A DNA stretch of 64,000 bases from an uncultured Clostridia bacterium (GCA_944349905.1 CALVNR010000003.1:69974-133973), one strand, 5' to 3'; shown: positions 47,699 through 58,021, numbered from the stretch's first letter. The notes: a model not told the origin generated them from the sequence alone. Program-made: numbers and translations.

Positions 47699-50320
47699 CT
47701 AAAAATCTCTTTTCTTCCAACCATTTGAAAATATATAAATAATTATTGCAATAAAACAAACAGAAAGAATAAATAAAATAGAAATTAAGACATATTGGTC
47801 GTCCCCTGAATTATCGCCAGGAAGCTGAGCTTTGTCTGCCAATTCAAAAGAGATTTTCAAATCTTTGTCAGATAATTTAATTTTGTAAGTAGATTCATTT
47901 ATTTTAGTTGCAACATTTTCAAGCATAATATCGTCATTATAAACATATATGTTTTTCACATATTTATCTGTTGGTAATGATGTTATTGAAAGCAAATAAT
48001 AATACTCTCCATTTTCTTCTATAAATTCCAAAGTTGTTTCTATATTTTCGTTTATAATTGCAACATCAGGAATTTGATAAATACTAAATTGCAACTCAAC
48101 ATCTTCATCTGGCATTACAAATGTATACAAGTTTTCATTTACTTCTTCGCATTGAAAATTGCTGTTTCCAATAGAAATAATCTTATAGTTGTCAGGTATT
48201 GTTAAAATTTCAATGGTCACAATTTCTCCGAAATACCCCTCTTCTTTATCAATTGAGTATTCTATGTTTTGGTAATTTAAAATCGTAATGGTATGTTTTA
48301 CTATTTCAACATAACTTAAATTGATTCCAATATCACTATCTGGCATTATAAATTTGATAACGTTATTTTTATTTTGATGATATTCTATTGTCTCATCAAG
48401 ATCGGCAACAATTTTAACATTATCCGGTATATTTATAGCTTCTATTGTGACTTCTTCTCCATAAATAGCATATTCAACCATATTTGACAATTCAAAATTT
48501 GTCGTATTATTAATGATAATGTTATATTTTTTATCTACAAGTTGAATATCTATCTCAACATCATTTGCTGGCATTTCAAAACTATATGTTTTATTTAAAA
48601 CAAAATCATCAATTTCACCATTAAAAGTTACACCTTCTATATTTAATAGTTCTTTTCCTCTTGGCAATTTATTTATAACTAATTCAACAGTTTCGCCCAT
48701 TTTTGCTTTCTGTTTTGAAATTTGATATTCTAGGCCATCTTGATTTATTACCAAAATATTATATTCTTTTTCTTTAAGATTAACTGTGATTTGAACATCG
48801 CTTTGTTTTACATTAAAACTATATATTCCTTGCTCTACCTGTATTGAAACTTGTTCACTTTCAACACTATCTATTTCATAGCCAACAGGAATATTTGTAA
48901 AACTCAACTCAACATATTCCCTTTCATAAAATTCACTTTTATTTGGTAGTATCTGCCATTGCAATTGCGTATCTTGGCAAACAACTTCTATTTTATAAGT
49001 TTGTCCAATATCTATTTCACACAACTGTTCTTTGCCATTATCTTTTAAATATAATCTTTCATCTACAACTTTTCCATCAGCAGATAGAATATAAAATTTA
49101 TAAACTCCATTTTGACTTGAATTGTTAAAAATTAAAGACTTTTCACATTTAACTATTTCTCCAAAATTTGCACCATAATCATTACTAAATGCATACCCAA
49201 AATACATATCTTCTAAAACATTTGTTGCATCTATTTCTATTTGGACTTCTGTTGTTATTCCATTTGTTGTACTTTTTGTAAGTTTAATTTCGTTTATATC
49301 TGGATTTATAAATTTTGTAGACTCAATTGTAGGAACAGGCAATTCATAAAAAATATCTCCTGAAAAACTAATTTGATAGTTACTAACGGTTCTACCTCTA
49401 TAAAAACCGGTACCAAAAGTTTGATTTCCTCCAATTAAAAAGTAATCTCGCATATTACTTTCATCAGTTGCATCTATTGGGTCGTTCCAAGTCGTGTCTA
49501 AACCATACCAATGATTATAAATTCTAACATAACTCCACATATGACCTTCATATTGTCCTGCAATTGAATTATATGAAGATCCTGCACAAACCAAATTTGG
49601 TATGCCAAGTCCGTCAAGCAAATACTGAACAGCATATGAATACCCATCACAAACAGCATAATTGTTAACAAGAGAGCCATAAACAGTATGGATAATATCT
49701 GAACTTAAATCTTCATCATAATCTACATTTCTTACAATGTAATCATTTACATAACAAATTTTCTCGTAGTCCGACCACGACTGATCTATGTTACTTAAAA
49801 TTTCATTTCTTGTATTTCGCAATACATTTAATTTATTATCTAAATCTGTTTCTGAAGTTATCCCATCAATATAACATGATGATCCATTTGTTTTGATAAT
49901 TATATTAAGCAAGGATTGTTGAACAGAAATCTTTTCAAAATCTATAAAGAATAGCTCTGGATTGTCAAATTTTAATACATTAAATGCACCAGCAAGAACT
50001 TTAAATTGTTCCTCACTAGACAACTTTTTAATTTCCGAAAAATTTTTAAGTGTTGATAAGGATATAGAAAACCCATCTTCGCTTTTTATTTCATCAATAT
50101 TTTGTATAAGCAAATCATATACCGAAGCTATGTATATGTTAAGGCCAGTAGGATTTGCTTTTATATAATCAATGTAATCATCATAATTTTCAAGTTGATT
50201 ACTTTCGAAAGCATAGCTAGTATATTCTTCTCTTGGCAATTGAATAACCATAAAAAAAGATACTGCTATTAGCAAAAAAACAAATATAGTTGAAATTTTT
50301 GTAATAATTTTATTTTTCAT
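47699..50320 (-). CDS. Transglutaminase-like cysteine protease domain surface protein with tandem beta-sandwich repeats and a C-terminal TM anchor
   Basis: Transglutaminase core (NYAVCDGYSYAVQYLL...GHMWSYVRI...GLDTTWND, a Cys-His-Asp arrangement). Four or five ~75-aa repeats follow (Y.I.V.N....Y.I......GE.V.I....IP....I......F.MP..DV.I). C-terminal TM segment. I prefer the start at MKNKIITK (50320). Confidence 0.8.
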   Translation of the reverse strand: MKNKIITKISTIFVFLLIAVSFFMVIQLPREEYTSYAFESNQLENYDDYIDYIKANPTGLNIYIASVYDLLIQNIDEIKSEDGFSISLSTLKNFSEIKKLSSEEQFKVLAGAFNVLKFDNPELFFIDFEKISVQQSLLNIIIKTNGSSCYIDGITSETDLDNKLNVLRNTRNEILSNIDQSWSDYEKICYVNDYIVRNVDYDEDLSSDIIHTVYGSLVNNYAVCDGYSYAVQYLLDGLGIPNLVCAGSSYNSIAGQYEGHMWSYVRIYNHWYGLDTTWNDPIDATDESNMRDYFLIGGNQTFGTGFYRGRTVSNYQISFSGDIFYELPVPTIESTKFINPDINEIKLTKSTTNGITTEVQIEIDATNVLEDMYFGYAFSNDYGANFGEIVKCEKSLIFNNSSQNGVYKFYILSADGKVVDERLYLKDNGKEQLCEIDIGQTYKIEVVCQDTQLQWQILPNKSEFYEREYVELSFTNIPVGYEIDSVESEQVSIQVEQGIYSFNVKQSDVQITVNLKEKEYNILVINQDGLEYQISKQKAKMGETVELVINKLPRGKELLNIEGVTFNGEIDDFVLNKTYSFEMPANDVEIDIQLVDKKYNIIINNTTNFELSNMVEYAIYGEEVTIEAINIPDNVKIVADLDETIEYHQNKNNVIKFIMPDSDIGINLSYVEIVKHTITILNYQNIEYSIDKEEGYFGEIVTIEILTIPDNYKIISIGNSNFQCEEVNENLYTFVMPDEDVELQFSIYQIPDVAIINENIETTLEFIEENGEYYYLLSITSLPTDKYVKNIYVYNDDIMLENVATKINESTYKIKLSDKDLKISFELADKAQLPGDNSGDDQYVLISILFILSVCFIAIIIYIFSNGWKKRDF

Positions 50321-50326
50321 AACATT

Positions 50327-50354
50327 ATAATACCACATTTTATAAATATATCAA
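50327..50354 (-). promoter_or_regulatory. Promoter with leaderless geometry for the transglutaminase-like gene
   Basis: Minus strand: TTGATA (50354-50349), 16 nt, TGgTATTAT (-10 at 50332-50327), then 6 nt and the ATG at 50320. No SD. Confidence 0.5.
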
Positions 50355-50501
50355 TTTTTTTATTTAATTTTTTTAAAAAGTAATATTTTTGCATTACATG
50401 AAAAAATAATAAACTTTTTAAAAAATTTTGTCGAAATATCATAAATTTTGTTGTTAAAAGTTTTATTGTTATGGTAAAATCTAACTTGTCGGAGTTAAGT
50501 T

Positions 50502-51224
50502 ATGAAAAAATTTTTTGTAAAATTATTTAGTATAATATTTATCATTCCTTGCTTATTTATATTTATAAGTTGTACAAATCCTACTGATAGTATAACTGGA
50601 AACGATATAATTTCATCAGACACAGATAATACAAATTCGGAAAATGAAGAAAATACAACAGAAAACGACGAGGAAGAAAACAATGCTGGTGAGAATTCAA
50701 ACAATTCAAATGAAAACGAAAATGGAAATACTGAAATAGATAGCGATACAAATGTAAGCGATAAACCAGATGAAGACGAAGATGACAAAGTTGATACAAA
50801 CGAATTCTTAATTTCTTTTAACATACTTGCTCTTGCACCTGTTGGCTATGAGACTATAGAAAGTCCAATTGAAATTTCTAAATACTTTAATGGTTTGACA
50901 ATAGATTCAAATGAAGGGATGGTATATTTCACTGAAATTGATTATATGGGAGCGACATTTGCTTTTCACTTCAAAAATAAAGATGGAAAAAATATTTCTA
51001 CAACAACATTAGACAACAGAGAACATTTGATTTTTGATGTGTATGTAAGTTCTCCTATATATCCATACTTCAATTTGAAAATTAATTCAAACGAAGAAAG
51101 AATTAATTTAAACACAGAAAATATAATAAACAATGAATACGGATTTGAAATTTATAAATACTCATATGACATTTTGATTACAACAGACACAAATATTTCA
51201 CTAGATTGTATTAATTTTATTTAA
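50502..51224 (+). CDS. Predicted lipoprotein with an acidic low-complexity linker
   Basis: Signal peptide with lipobox-like MKKFFVKLFSIIFIIPCLFIFISC, then a D/E/N-rich stretch and a ~130-aa globular part. SD GGAG. Confidence 0.7.
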   Translation: MKKFFVKLFSIIFIIPCLFIFISCTNPTDSITGNDIISSDTDNTNSENEENTTENDEEENNAGENSNNSNENENGNTEIDSDTNVSDKPDEDEDDKVDTNEFLISFNILALAPVGYETIESPIEISKYFNGLTIDSNEGMVYFTEIDYMGATFAFHFKNKDGKNISTTTLDNREHLIFDVYVSSPIYPYFNLKINSNEERINLNTENIINNEYGFEIYKYSYDILITTDTNISLDCINFI

Positions 51225-51251
51225 AAAATAAAAAAAATTTTATAAAAACAC

Positions 51252-51280
51252 TTGAAATATTTAATAAATATGTGTATAAT
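51252..51280 (+). promoter_or_regulatory. tRNA-Ser promoter
   Basis: TTGAAA (51252-51257), 17 nt, TATAAT (51275-51280). Confidence 0.6.
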
Positions 51281-51308
51281 ATAGTTGCTTTTATTAAAGT
51301 AATTATAT

Positions 51309-51396
51309 GGAGAGATGGCTGAGCGGTCGAAAGCGGCGGTCTTGAAAACCGTTGATGTGAAAGCATCCTGGGGTTCGAATCCCTATCTCTCCGCCA
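51309..51396 (+). tRNA. tRNA-Ser (anticodon UGA), class II with long variable arm, CCA encoded
   Basis: GGAGAGA acceptor pairs with TCTCTCC. Anticodon loop is CTTGAAA. Long variable arm TGATGTGAAAGCATCC. T-arm is TGGGGTTCGAATCCCTA. Ends GCCA. Confidence 0.92.
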
Positions 51397-51401
51397 ATTG
51401 C

Positions 51402-51433
51402 AACGTAAGTCGAACCTCGGCTTACGTTTTTTG
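51402..51433 (+). terminator. Intrinsic terminator after tRNA-Ser
   Basis: Stem aacgtaag / cttacgtt, extended by inner pairs, followed by a T-run. Confidence 0.85.
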
Positions 51434-51511
51434 TTTTGATTAAAATTATTGCACAAATACAACAAATATGCTATAATACGATAAAATTTAATGTATCATA
51501 AGTAGTTGTGT

Positions 51512-51928
51512 ATGTTGGAATATGCTGGAAGATTTAGTAAACCAGAATTAATGATAAAACAGGGTAAATATTGGTCTATCGTTTTTAGAGAAAGCACTAC
51601 AACACTAGGCAACTGTATTTTGATTTGCAACAGAGAATGTCCTACTTTTGGAGACTTAAAACAAGAAGAAATGGATGAATTCCCTACCATGTGTTCTTGG
51701 TATGAAAATAAAATTAAAACATTATATGGCGCCGTAAAATTTAACTACATTGCGATGATGATGATAGAAGAATTTGTTCATTTTTATATAATTCCGCGTT
51801 ATAATGAACCAAAAGAAAAATATGGTATAACTTGGGTTGATCAAGATTGGCCTAAAGGATCAAAAATGGGTAAAATTGAAATTCCCGACGACATTAAACA
51901 AAAAATTATTGAAGACTTAAAAAAATAA
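51512..51928 (+). CDS. HIT-like protein with a degenerate histidine triad
   Basis: HIT-fold-like sequence, but the triad position reads VHFYIIPRY instead of HxHxHxx. Promoter TTGCAC-17-TATAAT upstream. ATG at 51512 (the track uses a TTG at 51506). Confidence 0.55.
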   Translation: MLEYAGRFSKPELMIKQGKYWSIVFRESTTTLGNCILICNRECPTFGDLKQEEMDEFPTMCSWYENKIKTLYGAVKFNYIAMMMIEEFVHFYIIPRYNEPKEKYGITWVDQDWPKGSKMGKIEIPDDIKQKIIEDLKK

Positions 51929-52083
51929 TTATTTATTACAAGTATTATACCATTTTATTAAAATCATATTAATTCAATTATTACATTTTAAACTACTAGC
52001 AAATGTTTACTACACATATTTGCAAAAAAAGAGGGAAAATCCCCTCTTTTTTATTAAATTAAATAAAATACAATTTTTTATTA

Positions 52084-53481
52084 TTACTCCAAAAAAGCTT
52101 TGTATGCCGTATATGCACTGTACAAATCTGCTTTGGAAATTAATTCATAAGGAGCATGCATTGAAATAACTGCAACGCCTATGTCAATGGTTTCTATATT
52201 CAACTCTGCAATAAATTTTGCTACTGTTCCACCACCACCTAGGTCTACTTTACCAAGTTCTGATGTTTGCCAAATAACATTATTATTTGCAAAAATTTTT
52301 CTAATTTTTTGTACCATTTCAGCAGAAGCATCATTTGATTCTCTTTTGCCACCATCGCCAGTAAATTTATTCATACATACACCACAAGACAAAATTGCTG
52401 AATTGTTTTTCTCAAATACCTCAGCAAAATTGCTATCATAAGCAGATGTAACATCTGCCGAAATACACATTGAATTTTGTCTTACTTTGCTAGCATTTTT
52501 CTTTAAAGCAATACACATTTCGTTTATTACATCTTCATAAAGTTTACTTTTAATGCCAGTAACACCATCGCTTCCAATTTCTTCTTTATCCGTCAAAATA
52601 CAAATAGTAGTATTCTTGTTTTTTGCATCAATCATCGCCATTAAAGATGAAAATGCACAAACCCTATCATCATGTCCATATGCTCCAATCAAAGACCTAT
52701 CAAAGCCAACATCCTTTGCTTTGAATGCTGGAACAGCACTTATTTCAGCACTAATAAAATCATCTTCCGTTATTTTGTAATTTTTATATAAAATTTCCAA
52801 TATATTTTCTTTGATTTTATCTTTTACTGAGGCTTCTTTCTTTGCTTTACCTCCAACAACTATATTTAGTTGTTCTGCGCTTATAACAGTATTTGCAGTT
52901 TTCATTAATTGTCCTTTACCCAAATGTGGTAGTAAGTCATTAATGTAAAATACTGGTTCTTCCTCTTTTTCACCAATTGTGAAATTTATTTTATCGCTTT
53001 TTTTTGTATAAACAACACCATGTAAAGCAAGAGGAATAGCTGTCCACTGATATTTTTTTATTCCGCCATAATAATGAGTCTTTAAAAAACACAAACCATC
53101 ACTCTCATATAGTGGAATTTGTTTAAGGTCAAGTCTTGGAGAATCCAAATGACTTACTATAATTCTAAGACCTTGTTTTTCAATATCATTCTCACCAATT
53201 TTAAAAAGGATAACCCCTTTCCCCCTATTAGACAAAAATTTCTTATCACCAGTTTTTAATTTGTCTCCAAAATTATACTCAGAAAAACCAAAACTTTTTA
53301 CTTGTTCTAGCACATAATCATTGACTTCCCTTTCTGTTTTGCATTCATCTAAAAATTTTTTGTATTTTTCAGCAAATTTATAAATTTGTTCAACCTCTTT
53401 TTCACTAGCAACTTCAAAATAATTTTTTTTGACATATCTATATTCTATCGCTTGTTGATTTTTAACACCTGTATTTTCCAT
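52084..53481 (-). CDS. M18-family aminopeptidase
   Basis: 465 aa. IIVSHLDSPRLDLK and YYGGIKKYQW are typical of the M18 aspartyl-aminopeptidase family. SD AGGAGG. Confidence 0.85.
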   Translation of the reverse strand: MENTGVKNQQAIEYRYVKKNYFEVASEKEVEQIYKFAEKYKKFLDECKTEREVNDYVLEQVKSFGFSEYNFGDKLKTGDKKFLSNRGKGVILFKIGENDIEKQGLRIIVSHLDSPRLDLKQIPLYESDGLCFLKTHYYGGIKKYQWTAIPLALHGVVYTKKSDKINFTIGEKEEEPVFYINDLLPHLGKGQLMKTANTVISAEQLNIVVGGKAKKEASVKDKIKENILEILYKNYKITEDDFISAEISAVPAFKAKDVGFDRSLIGAYGHDDRVCAFSSLMAMIDAKNKNTTICILTDKEEIGSDGVTGIKSKLYEDVINEMCIALKKNASKVRQNSMCISADVTSAYDSNFAEVFEKNNSAILSCGVCMNKFTGDGGKRESNDASAEMVQKIRKIFANNNVIWQTSELGKVDLGGGGTVAKFIAELNIETIDIGVAVISMHAPYELISKADLYSAYTAYKAFLE

Positions 53482-53645
53482 ATTTTCCTCCTTTAAATAT
53501 TATAAACAAATTTAAGAAAAATCAAAATAGCGAATGATATTTGTAACAAAAATTGATAAATTAATTAAAAACAGTTAATTTTTTTATTTTAAAATTGACA
53601 AATTTAAAATTGTATGATAGATTTTTTTGAAAAAGTGAGGTAAAT

Positions 53646-54182
53646 ATGAATATATGGAAAGATATTGATAAAAAAAGAATACAACCAGATGATTTTATTG
53701 CTTGCATTGAAATACAACAAGGAGATAAAACAAAATATGAACTTGATAAAGAAACTGGGTTTTTAATTATGGATAGGGTTCTTTATACAAGCACTCACTA
53801 CCCTATGAATTATGGATTTATTCCTTTGACATACAGTGAAGACCATGACCCTTTGGATGTTTTTGTTTTGTGCAGTCAACCATTGGAAAGACTCAGCCTC
53901 GTTAGATGTTACCCAATAGGAGTAGTAACAATGACAGATAGGGACGAAAAAGATGAAAAAATTATAGCGATACCTTTTGGCGACCCTCAATATAATTGTT
54001 ATAAAGATATTAGTGAACTACCAAAACATATTTTTGACGAATTGCAACATTTTTTAAAAGTTTATAAACAACTTGAAAATAAAGTAGTGAAAGTAGAAGC
54101 TTTGGCAGGACATAAAGAAGCAAGTTTAATTATTAAAACTTGCTTAGATAATTACAATAAAATATTTAATAAAAATAATTAA
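53646..54182 (+). CDS. ppa: Inorganic pyrophosphatase (family I)
   Basis: 178 aa with the KYELDKETG...DRVLYTSTHYPMNYGFIP.T...DHDPLDVFVL signature. SD GAGG. Confidence 0.95.
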   Translation: MNIWKDIDKKRIQPDDFIACIEIQQGDKTKYELDKETGFLIMDRVLYTSTHYPMNYGFIPLTYSEDHDPLDVFVLCSQPLERLSLVRCYPIGVVTMTDRDEKDEKIIAIPFGDPQYNCYKDISELPKHIFDELQHFLKVYKQLENKVVKVEALAGHKEASLIIKTCLDNYNKIFNKNN

Positions 54183-54197
54183 TACATTTGAAAGAAA

Positions 54198-54232
54198 TAA
54201 AAAAAGCTCAATTTTAGAATTGAGCTTTTTTA
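54198..54232. terminator. Bidirectional intrinsic terminator
   Basis: 10-bp stem aagctcaatt / aattgagctt (54204-54213 / 54218-54227), flanked by an A-run and a T-run. Confidence 0.8.
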
Positions 54233-55075
54233 AACGTTTTCTATTTCATCTGATATATCAATAACTTCTTTGTTGTATTTTGTATGTTTTTTTAGGTTTT
54301 TAATAACATTACCCTTTTTATCGTTTTTATCGCTATATTTTTTCTCTTGATTTTTATAATGCGGTTTTTCTTCTTTAACTACCAATCTTTGAATCAATGG
54401 ATTCAAAATTTTTCTTTGCTTTGCATTATTAATATGAAAATAAATTTCTTTTTCTCTTTTTTTAAAAATTCTTTCTACTTCCTTATAATCTATTTCCTTA
54501 ACATCTAAAATAGCATGTTTAGCTTCATGTTTTACTCTTGGCAAATTTCTTGCTTTACTTGCTGCCTCAGATGCTGTTAAAGCTTTCACTACAAAAACGC
54601 CTGGATAATATCTATTTCTTCCTACATGTCCACATTTAACAACAACTTTAAAATTTTTTACTTTTATAGAATCTTGCATGGTAACTACTGATGTTTTAAA
54701 ATAATGAAACAATGTAGACATTTGTGAATGATATTTTTCTTTTATGTATTTACTACTTTTCTTGTAAACTGACCTTAATGCAGAAAATTTGGTTTTTGCA
54801 GTGTGAGGAATTTCTTTTTTATTAACAATATTAAAACAAATCCTGCTAAAATCTTGGAAATTAATTATAAATTTTGCATCGTATATACAAGTCAACTCTG
54901 GCATTTGTTCTTCTTTATTATAAAAATTATTTAAAATTTTAATCACAAGTTCTTTATTTCCTGGTGCTATTTTGTCTACTTCTTTTGCGATTGTTTCCTT
55001 ATCATAGTATATAGGCCTGCCTTTAATACTATTTAATTTAGAAAAAAATGTAGCCATAACTACAAGCATCTTCAT
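54230..55075 (-). CDS. Hypothetical basic protein
   Basis: 281-aa ORF with SD AAAGGGAA. No family recognised. Confidence 0.55.
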   Translation of the reverse strand: MKMLVVMATFFSKLNSIKGRPIYYDKETIAKEVDKIAPGNKELVIKILNNFYNKEEQMPELTCIYDAKFIINFQDFSRICFNIVNKKEIPHTAKTKFSALRSVYKKSSKYIKEKYHSQMSTLFHYFKTSVVTMQDSIKVKNFKVVVKCGHVGRNRYYPGVFVVKALTASEAASKARNLPRVKHEAKHAILDVKEIDYKEVERIFKKREKEIYFHINNAKQRKILNPLIQRLVVKEEKPHYKNQEKKYSDKNDKKGNVIKNLKKHTKYNKEVIDISDEIENV

Positions 55076-55211
55076 TAAGTTCCCTTTCTTTTGTCAAATC
55101 GTAAGCAAGTTTACAAACGGGTTGTAAATATTTTTCATAAAATCTGCTACCCGTAACCTTTAAATTTAAACTTTTGTAATATCTATCTAATTTATCTAAA
55201 ATTGTATCCAT
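55038..55211 (-). CDS. Possible 57-aa small ORF overlapping the start of the 281-aa gene
   Basis: ATG at 55211 (MDTILDKLDRYYKSLNLKVTGSRFYEKYLQPVCKLAYDL...), stop at 55038-55040. It is below the track length cut-off and I did not identify an SD. Confidence 0.25.
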   Translation of the reverse strand: MDTILDKLDRYYKSLNLKVTGSRFYEKYLQPVCKLAYDLTKERELNEDACSYGYIFF

Positions 55212-55304
55212 GTTTAAATTATAAAATATATTTTTTACTTAGTCAATAGTTAAATTTTTATAAATTAAAAAATTTATAACTATTTTTACAATACGCTTAT
55301 AGTA

Positions 55305-55332
55305 TTGATTTTTTTAATAATTTTGTTATAAT
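55305..55332 (+). promoter_or_regulatory. Promoter with leaderless geometry for the U32 peptidase gene
   Basis: TTGATT (55305-55310), 16 nt, TGtTATAAT (-10 at 55327-55332), then 7 nt and the ATG at 55340. No SD. Confidence 0.5.
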
Positions 55333-55339
55333 TATATTT

Positions 55340-57535
55340 ATGAATAATAACAAAAAACAAAATGTAGAAATTCTTGCACCAGCTGGTAATTTTGAAAGTT
55401 TAAAAGTTGCAATAGACAATGGAGCAAATGCTGTTTATCTTGGACTTGAAGACTTTAACGCAAGAAACAATATTGAAAATTTTAATACGGAAAATTTGCA
55501 TGAAGTCGTTGATTATGCACATTTTTTTAACGTTAAAATTTACATAACCATAAATGTTTTAATTAAAGATGATGAATTTGAAAAAATTATTGATATTGTA
55601 AAAAAATCATTGCAAGCAAATGTAGATGCTTTTATTGTTCAAGATATTGGGCTTGCATATTATTTGAAGCAAAAATTTCCAAACATTGAATTGCATGCAA
55701 GCACACAGATGGGTTTTAATAATTTAGAAGGTGTTTTATTTGCTAAAAAACTTGGTTTCAAACGTGTTGTGCTGGCAAGAGAAACTCCCCTTGCAGAAGT
55801 TAAACGAATAAAAGAAAATTGCGACATAGAACTTGAATATTTTATTCAAGGTGCTTTGTGTGTGGCTTATTCTGGGAATTGCTATTTATGTTCACTCCTT
55901 GCAAACAGCAGTGGTAATAGAGGGCAATGCAAACAATTTTGTCGTCTCGCTTATTCAATGAAAAATGGAAATATAAGCAAAGATGGTTACCTTTTAAGCA
56001 CCAAAGACTTTTGCATGATACCCAAGCTTAAAGATTTGATTGATGCTGGAATTTACAGTTTGAAAATTGAAGGTAGAGCAAGAAGACCTGCATATGTAGC
56101 ACAGTCTGTCAAAACTTACAGAAAAATAATTGATAATAATTTTAATTTCTCAGATGAAGATATTCTAGATTTAAAAAAGGTTTTTAACCGTGGTAATTTT
56201 GCATGTGGCTATTTTGATAATAACAATATAATATACAGCAAATGTCAAAACCATATTGGTGTTGAAATTGGAAAAGTAATTGATTTTGTACAAGGAAAAA
56301 AATTTAATGAAGTATTTATCAAATCAAATTATAAAATAAAAAAAGGTGATGTAATAAAATTTTTCAAAAATGATAAAGAAATTGGAATTGTAGCAGTAAA
56401 CGACTCAAACGAAAAAAAATGTGGGATTTATAGAATAACAACTACAAATCATATTGAAAATAATTCTATTGCAAGATTGATTGTTGATAGTGATAAAGAA
56501 AAGGAACTCTTGACAAAACATAAACAAATTTATGTTGACATTGATTTTTATGCCAAACAAAACCAAAAAGCAAAGTTAATTTTAAAAACACAAAACATCA
56601 ATGTTGAGATAGAAAGCGATTTTTTTGTAGAAAAAGCAAAATCTTCTCCTATAAATGAAACTGATTGTAAAACTCAATTTTCAAAACTTGGAAAACTTTT
56701 CTCTCTTAAAAGTTTTTTTTGTGAAATTGGGAATGTTTTTATAGCAAAATCTCAACTTAACCAACTAAGAAGACAGGCGCTTGAAAAATTAAAGCAAGAG
56801 ATGATAAATGATTATAACAATAAAAACAATATAAATAAAAAAAGAATTGAGGCAGACGACAAAATATTTATTTCAAATTCAATTTCAACAAGCAAAAAAA
56901 TGGCTCTAATAGACAAATTTGATAATTTTGAAAAATTTAAAAATAAATATGACTTATTTATATTTCAGCCAAATACGATAAACACAACAGAAATAAAAGA
57001 ATTATACAACAAATATAATCATCATAAAGTTTTTATTTCTTTTCCTATAATGGTAAATGAAAAAGAAATTGAAATTATCAAATCTTTACTTGATTATTGT
57101 AAAAATTGGGGTATCTACGCAAACAATTATTACACTTTATCTTTAACAACTCCAGATAGGATTGTGCTCGGAAGCAATATGAATGTTTTCAACTCTTATA
57201 CTATAAAATTTTATAAAAACATTGGAATTGAAAAAATTGTGTTGACAATTGAAGATATAGATAGAAATTTAATACAAAACAACGGAACATCATTGTTTTC
57301 TTTTACAAAATTTTATCCTGAATACATGTATCTTAAGCACTGTCCTTTAAAGGAACATTTTTCAAGTAAATGCGATAATTGTCTTTACAAAAATAATTTG
57401 AGTTGCAAATTGAACAACAAAGAATTTGTTTTGTTGAGACGAAAATTTTTACAATGCAACTTTGTTTTAAAAAGTAAAGCATTAATTTTAACAAAAACAC
57501 CTGAAAATATTTCTAGCATAGAAGAAATATTTTAA
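55340..57535 (+). CDS. Peptidase U32 family protein
   Basis: 731 aa. The N-terminus EILAPAGNFESLKVAIDNGANAVYLG and the ...LKIEGRARRPAYV motif are typical of the U32 family. Confidence 0.9.
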   Translation: MNNNKKQNVEILAPAGNFESLKVAIDNGANAVYLGLEDFNARNNIENFNTENLHEVVDYAHFFNVKIYITINVLIKDDEFEKIIDIVKKSLQANVDAFIVQDIGLAYYLKQKFPNIELHASTQMGFNNLEGVLFAKKLGFKRVVLARETPLAEVKRIKENCDIELEYFIQGALCVAYSGNCYLCSLLANSSGNRGQCKQFCRLAYSMKNGNISKDGYLLSTKDFCMIPKLKDLIDAGIYSLKIEGRARRPAYVAQSVKTYRKIIDNNFNFSDEDILDLKKVFNRGNFACGYFDNNNIIYSKCQNHIGVEIGKVIDFVQGKKFNEVFIKSNYKIKKGDVIKFFKNDKEIGIVAVNDSNEKKCGIYRITTTNHIENNSIARLIVDSDKEKELLTKHKQIYVDIDFYAKQNQKAKLILKTQNINVEIESDFFVEKAKSSPINETDCKTQFSKLGKLFSLKSFFCEIGNVFIAKSQLNQLRRQALEKLKQEMINDYNNKNNINKKRIEADDKIFISNSISTSKKMALIDKFDNFEKFKNKYDLFIFQPNTINTTEIKELYNKYNHHKVFISFPIMVNEKEIEIIKSLLDYCKNWGIYANNYYTLSLTTPDRIVLGSNMNVFNSYTIKFYKNIGIEKIVLTIEDIDRNLIQNNGTSLFSFTKFYPEYMYLKHCPLKEHFSSKCDNCLYKNNLSCKLNNKEFVLLRRKFLQCNFVLKSKALILTKTPENISSIEEIF

Positions 57536-57814
57536 ATTAAAAAAATAAAACAAGGATTTTTATTACATAGAACTAAAATTATAAAATTAGAAGGACAAAC
57601 GAACAGAAGTGCAAATGCCATTAATCAAGCACTAACACAAACTAAAAAAGAAAAACAAGTTGATGATAAAAACAAACAAAAAACAAGACAAGAACTAGAA
57701 GATGAAATTTTACATCTTCAACAACTTATTAAAGAGCAAGAAGAACAAGATCGCATAGAACAAGAACTAGAAGAAAAGCGTAAACAGAAAAAACGACAAC
57801 AAGCAGAAATGTAA
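57536..57814 (+). pseudogene. Possible remnant of a gene 3' end (coiled-coil tail with no start codon)
   Basis: Open frame ...KLEGQTNRSANAINQALTQTKKEKQ...EEKRKQKKRQQAEM* with no ATG, GTG or TTG start. It is followed by its own terminator at 57974-58021. Confidence 0.25.
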
Positions 57815-57973
57815 AAATTTCGCAAAAAAACACTTTATAATAAGATATAATATTACACGATAATAAACGGCATTTTGCAAAAATTTGGAACAAATTCGTG
57901 ACAAATTCGTAGACATTGCCAATTTTTTAATGTTTTTAATAAAAAAATAAACAATTTTAATTGAAAAAATTTG

Positions 57974-58021
57974 AACCCACAAGTTAAGATTTAAGTCTTG
58001 ATTTGTGGGTTATTTTTTTTT
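57974..58021 (+). terminator. Intrinsic terminator (plus strand)
   Basis: Stem aacccacaa / ttgtgggtt (57974-57982 / 58003-58011) followed by a 9-nt T-run. Confidence 0.7.

Noticed and set aside
57533-57814. Stop-codon read-through of the U32 peptidase into the in-frame 92-codon coiled-coil frame
   Set aside because: Being in frame has a one-in-three chance. The stop is TAA, and the U32 protein already ends like its family. The downstream frame has a very different composition, so a gene remnant is the simpler reading.
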